From Lytechinus pictus (Eukaryota), in NCBI RefSeq assembly GCF_037042905.1, contig NC_087245.1:13332001-13396000 (forward strand): a stretch of DNA of 64,000 bases, read 5' to 3'. Shown here in pieces: positions 59,266 to 64,000 of this stretch. Numbering within the stretch: position 1 is the first letter of the stretch; each line of letters begins with the position of its first letter. A program made the translations under genes and the position numbers. Under the pieces are notes generated by a model. The model saw nothing but the letters and a program-made list of their open reading frames with translations, did not search any database and had not been told where the DNA came from.

Positions 59266-62200
59266 CTAATTATAAGGTATTCTGTGGCCTGAATAAATCC
59301 TAACAATCTACCGGTATTCTTTTAATCAATCAAGTGAGTATGTATGAATAAATGCATGCATCCTGGATGCATATATTTAAGTAGATCAATAGAGTGCAAG
59401 CATTTCTATATTTCTATAATCATTAAAATATATGATCAGCCAATCAATTTAGGCCTATACTTTACCATAACTGCCTTTTTTTATTATACAGGTTACTTCT
59501 ACATATCCAACTTCTAAACTTGATTGGAGTTGTAGAAATACACATACGTACATGTAGGCAGAGAACTGTAATGAGGGGGCAGAACATAATCTCATGGGGC
59601 AAAATTAAAATGCAAGCGAGTGAAGCGAGCAAGACGGGTGGATTTGGAACAGTTATGTTTTGAAGTCAATTGCACAGTGTCCATGCAGATATTAATAAGA
59701 GCTATTTGTTTTAGAAACCAATGATAATTTATGATTGTTCTTTGGTAAATCATCATCATCTCAAACAATGATCATAATGTACTTCATTTTGATATGACTA
59801 GGCATTGCCTATCCTAAGTAAAATGTCAAGTTATGTCATATAAGTGAAATTACTGGCAAATGGATACCTGTATGGCAAAAAAAGATTTGGTTGCTCTTTT
59901 TACAAAACGAGCTCAAACACTTGTGAATTTTCCCACATTGACTGTTAAGTGTTAACTGTATGTTGTATTATACATAGGCCAAAACCCAATCAATGCTAAT
60001 CATTATACAGACTAATGAAAACAATAGAGGACTAATTGAATTGATATTAATGATAGCACAGAGGTGCATTAAAGTGTCCCAGCTGGAACATACATACATA
60101 CATACAGTGGATGTAACATGAATAATACACATGATATCTGATCGAGACTGTCGCTAATTAAGATGAGTGAGTACACAGTATTAACAGTCACATTCCACAC
60201 CCCAGCTAATTCAGGATGTGTCAATGCATGTATCACATTAATCTTAATACAGACTAGGATGGATGACGACTGGCTATATATTACCCCCATATCAAAAATG
60301 AAACATGGAGGTATCATGGCCCTGAGGAGGGCAAAGCTTTCTAAGTGCATTGACCAATGATACGTTAACACCAGACATTAGGAGTCAACGCCCTGTGAAT
60401 CGTTCCTCCACCCCTGGCTGTGGTAACCACTGGTATGGTGGCTGTGGTTTGCATAGATGATGCAGTGGTGATAATATATGGGTTTTCAGATCAAAGGTAA
60501 ATTGCATAGCTCATATGTTTACAAGTGGTTTAGGGAGGGGGATAGGGCATAATAGGGATTTATTATCTAAACTCCATGTACCTCTTTGCATCAAACAAAA
60601 TCATTAAAAATGAGTTGCTTTTCCATATTTCTTGATAAAGAATTTTATTTTTTGTACAAATTGCGCTAAATTCAGTTTTAAATAATTATCAGGGCCCATC
60701 TCCCAAGCATAAAGCACAGGAAGGATAGGCTACATAACTCGAATATCCATGTAGGCTACATGTACAGTACACTAAAACTTAAATATTTCATGTTCTCTTC
60801 CACAAGGGAAGCAATCACATTAGAAGTCAATAACACTTGGCCCTTTTCTAAAGGAACATACATCAGCACCTTCAGTAACATTGAGTGCATCTGTGTAATA
60901 GAAAAGCCTGGTGTCAATGCCCCTCTGTTCATAATCCACTCATGTTTGATTACATGTTCAAGAAGGTGATGATGGAGAGTGCAGCATCAACCGGAATAGA
61001 CATAGGTTCACATGGAAATATTGTAGTTTAAATGGTGCAGGGATGTTGAGGAGAATCTTCTTCTCATTGTGGAATGGGAGGGGGGGGGCACCATCTTCTC
61101 TTCAAACATGCATGCATTTTTATACGTCACAAGGAGCAAATGCACCAAATAGCATTAGTATCCTTTCAAAAGACACTGATCTATTTTTGCCACTCTTTAC
61201 CCAGGAAGTAATTCCTTGAAGCCAATAGGCACTGAAAGTCATGTATGAAGCCCAGCACTGAAGAGATAATTCTGAGTGGGTATATAATTAATAGTGGATA
61301 AATGTGCATTAGTCTTAATGAGCAAGAACGATCACACTTTGAAGTAACAAATGAATTATCATCAATTTATTGTCACAATCTGTGAGACCAATGAAATCGG
61401 CTCTTGCAATATGATTAGACATGTAGATCTCTCTATGTGTAGGCCTATGTTATATTTCCCACTCAATAGCACTACTCAGTCTTCAAATGAGTACAGATTA
61501 CATGTATGGCCACAAATAACCTACTCCTCAAAATGAGTACAAATAACATGTATGCCCACAAATAACCTACACAATTTCAATGCATTACATATATATAAAA
61601 CTTTGATCCAACTTTAAGTTACTTAACATCATTCATAGGAACCTAACTTGTGAGAATTCTGTGTAGTAGGGGGAGAAGTCTTCTACCACCTAAAAACCAC
61701 ATAGGGGTAGGGGTGGTGGGTTCAGTGCTCTGATGTAGGGTGTAACAAAAGCCTCACTTACCTCAGTAAACCACATAACAAAACAGGAACAATTAAGTCT
61801 GCCTTTGGAAATTGTTGAGTGATTTTCCAGGGGGAATACAATATTTGCTTCAAATTCAACTGAAACATCATAAAGCAACATCAAATTTAACATCAACATC
61901 AAATAATAAGTTAGGCCTACATATCGGCCTATAGAAGACTGTAGACAGAGTTCCCAAGCATACTAAATCACAAGTAAATATAATAAAGAGCAGCTGAATT
62001 CTCACCACAAACAAAGCCCTTAAATATTTTGTAAATTATGCATCATAATGCAGTCATGTGACATAAGCACATGATACTCAATTACCATGGTAACGCATCA
62101 TCGTTGAATGTTGTCTGATCTTCATTTCAAACACGGATATGTGTACCCAGTGTTAAAACTCAAGAACAAATAGACATACACAAAGTGTGAAGAAATGAAT

Positions 62201-62974
62201 GAAAAAATGTATTCAAAGTGCTGAAATTAAAAGTGTGTCTCATATGGCATACAATACATGATCCAACCAATCCAGTGCTAGCTAATCATATCATACATGG
62301 CAGCTTACATTGGATTTGATAAGCACGAGATCCTATCCAAATGCATGATCATGCTTGTTTTTATAGAATGTCAGTATTGTCCACTTATTGTACTGGATGC
62401 AAAATGTTTTTTTTTTCTTTTTCTATGTATTACTATTAAATATATTAAATGACAAAGATGCTAAGAGGTTAAAGATAAATAGAAAGAGAGAGGAAGAGCA
62501 AGAGAAAGAGAGAGAGTGGTGGAGGGGGAGGAAGAATGATAGAGGGGTGGGTGTCAGAGAGATAAAAAGAAAATGATAAAGAAATCAAAGATGAGGAGAA
62601 AGGGGAGGGTATTCCTAAGAAAGCAGCAATAGTATGTTCCAAGAAAATGAATGAGTCATATTCAAAGAATGTGGTCTCCAGAGGAAGAGAAAGGCTAAAA
62701 CCCAAGAAACCACCTTTGTGAAGAGAGAATAAACAGAACACATTTCTTTGTAAACAGGAACAATGGTTTTTAGACTGTCTTTAAAGGATTAAAGAAGACA
62801 AAGGTAATGCCAAAAGACTGTAGTGTACACTTTGAAAATTACCTTTTGAACATTTTGTGTAGGCTAAGCTTGTGTAAAATATGTTTGTATCAATTTCTGT
62901 TTCAATGCTAAACATTACCAAGTTAAATTTTGCCATGCACAATACTTGCAAGGCAAAATCACAGGCAACATACT

Positions 62975-63063
62975 TTTCAATGTTGACCTCTTCTATTTTT
63001 AATGCTATTATTAAGAATGATTCTTAATAATAGCATTAAAAATAGAAGAGGTCAAAATTGAAA
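62975..63063. repeat. Near-perfect palindrome (36-bp perfect arms, 1-nt centre)
   Basis: 62983-63018 is the exact reverse complement of 63020-63055; it extends 8 bp further on each side with one mismatch. Confidence 0.95.
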
Positions 63064-64000
63064 TGTTTATGAAAAATACAAAATAAAACTCTCATTCAAA
63101 CACTTGCACTTGGAGAATTCATTTGTTTCCTAAGAATGATAATCACATTTCGCTAAACAGAGACTTTCATTTTTCTGCAATCTAATTTGCTAATAGTACT
63201 GAAAACTTTTTGATCCAGTGCTGGATAATTCCATTTGTGTTGTCGTGCACCAGTATGCTAAAAAGCACTCGCATACACATGGGTACAGAGATGCAAATAA
63301 GACAATATGCCTTATTCATACAATATGCCTTAATTTACATTGTATTTAAATATTTTTATATGGTTAATAAATGAATTGAATTGAATACAGAGCAAAGAAT
63401 ATGAAGTGGCAAGGTTGGCACTGAACCACAGACCTTCATGTCTTAAGTCAAGTATTTAAAAAAGAGAGCCACACAACCAGAAATGAAATAAAATGGTCCT
63501 AGTTTTCTTGTGTTACCACAGAAGGACAGGCATAAATCCCTGAAGGCTGAAAGTAGGCTAGCTTTAGTGTCATCATCAGCCATTCAGTGGTTGGCCACAT
63601 TATCGGAGATGGAAACTCATTTGAGAGACAATCTTTCCTCCAAGATACTAGATCAATCATGTCACAAAGTGTGGTTTTTCTACTTCCTACAGTGTTCAGG
63701 CAAGTAATGACATCATCGCATAAATAACCCAAGACAATGTAGGCTTAATGGCTTAGTTGTTTGGAGGAAAACGAGGGACACTGACACTTGCCTGAGAGGT
63801 AATGTAACGCATTGCTTGAATAATCCCTTGTTGCGGGTTGGATGTGACCAACATCGTATTAAACTTGATGAAAATATTGAGGTTCAACTTTGATATGAAG
63901 AAGTCTAAGAATTTCTCTTTTTCCAAGCTGAATACTGATGAAAATTACGATGAGGGTGAGGAAACTGAGGAAAGTGATGATGATGTGATGATGATGATAA

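Noticed and set aside
61762..61798. Minus-strand exon with a strong GAG|GTAAGT donor as the upstream coding exon of the third gene
   Set aside because: Weak acceptor and an unremarkable peptide (LIVPVLLCGLLR); cannot be supported without transcript data.

Overview
Eukaryotic (animal) genomic DNA with spliceosomal GT-AG introns, AT-rich. The repeat content suggests a marine invertebrate such as a sea urchin, but that is an inference. Three genes can be reconstructed. (1) The 5' part of a mitochondrial-type alanyl-tRNA synthetase (AARS2-like) on the minus strand: 12 phase-consistent coding exons from 11751 to the window start. (2) A complete 5-coding-exon C2H2 zinc-finger gene on the plus strand (22237-36879, 1123 aa), with a ZNF692/ZNF653-like N-terminal motif and an AT-hook-like motif. 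(3) The last two coding exons of an unidentified, largely disordered protein on the minus strand (55364-51935), carrying several corepressor-type short motifs. Introns and intergenic DNA hold many non-autonomous DNA transposons (piggyBac-, Kolobok-, Tc1/mariner-, hAT-, Harbinger- and Helentron-like), a tRNA-derived SINE, a decayed L1/Tx1 fragment, a minisatellite and several hairpins. I found no clearly new multi-gene system. The best leads are a duplicated, stop-containing splice acceptor in AARS2, inverted MITEs flanking a phase-symmetric exon pair of the ZNF gene, the half-eroded G3:U70 recognition motif of the AlaRS, and the motif-rich tail of the third gene.
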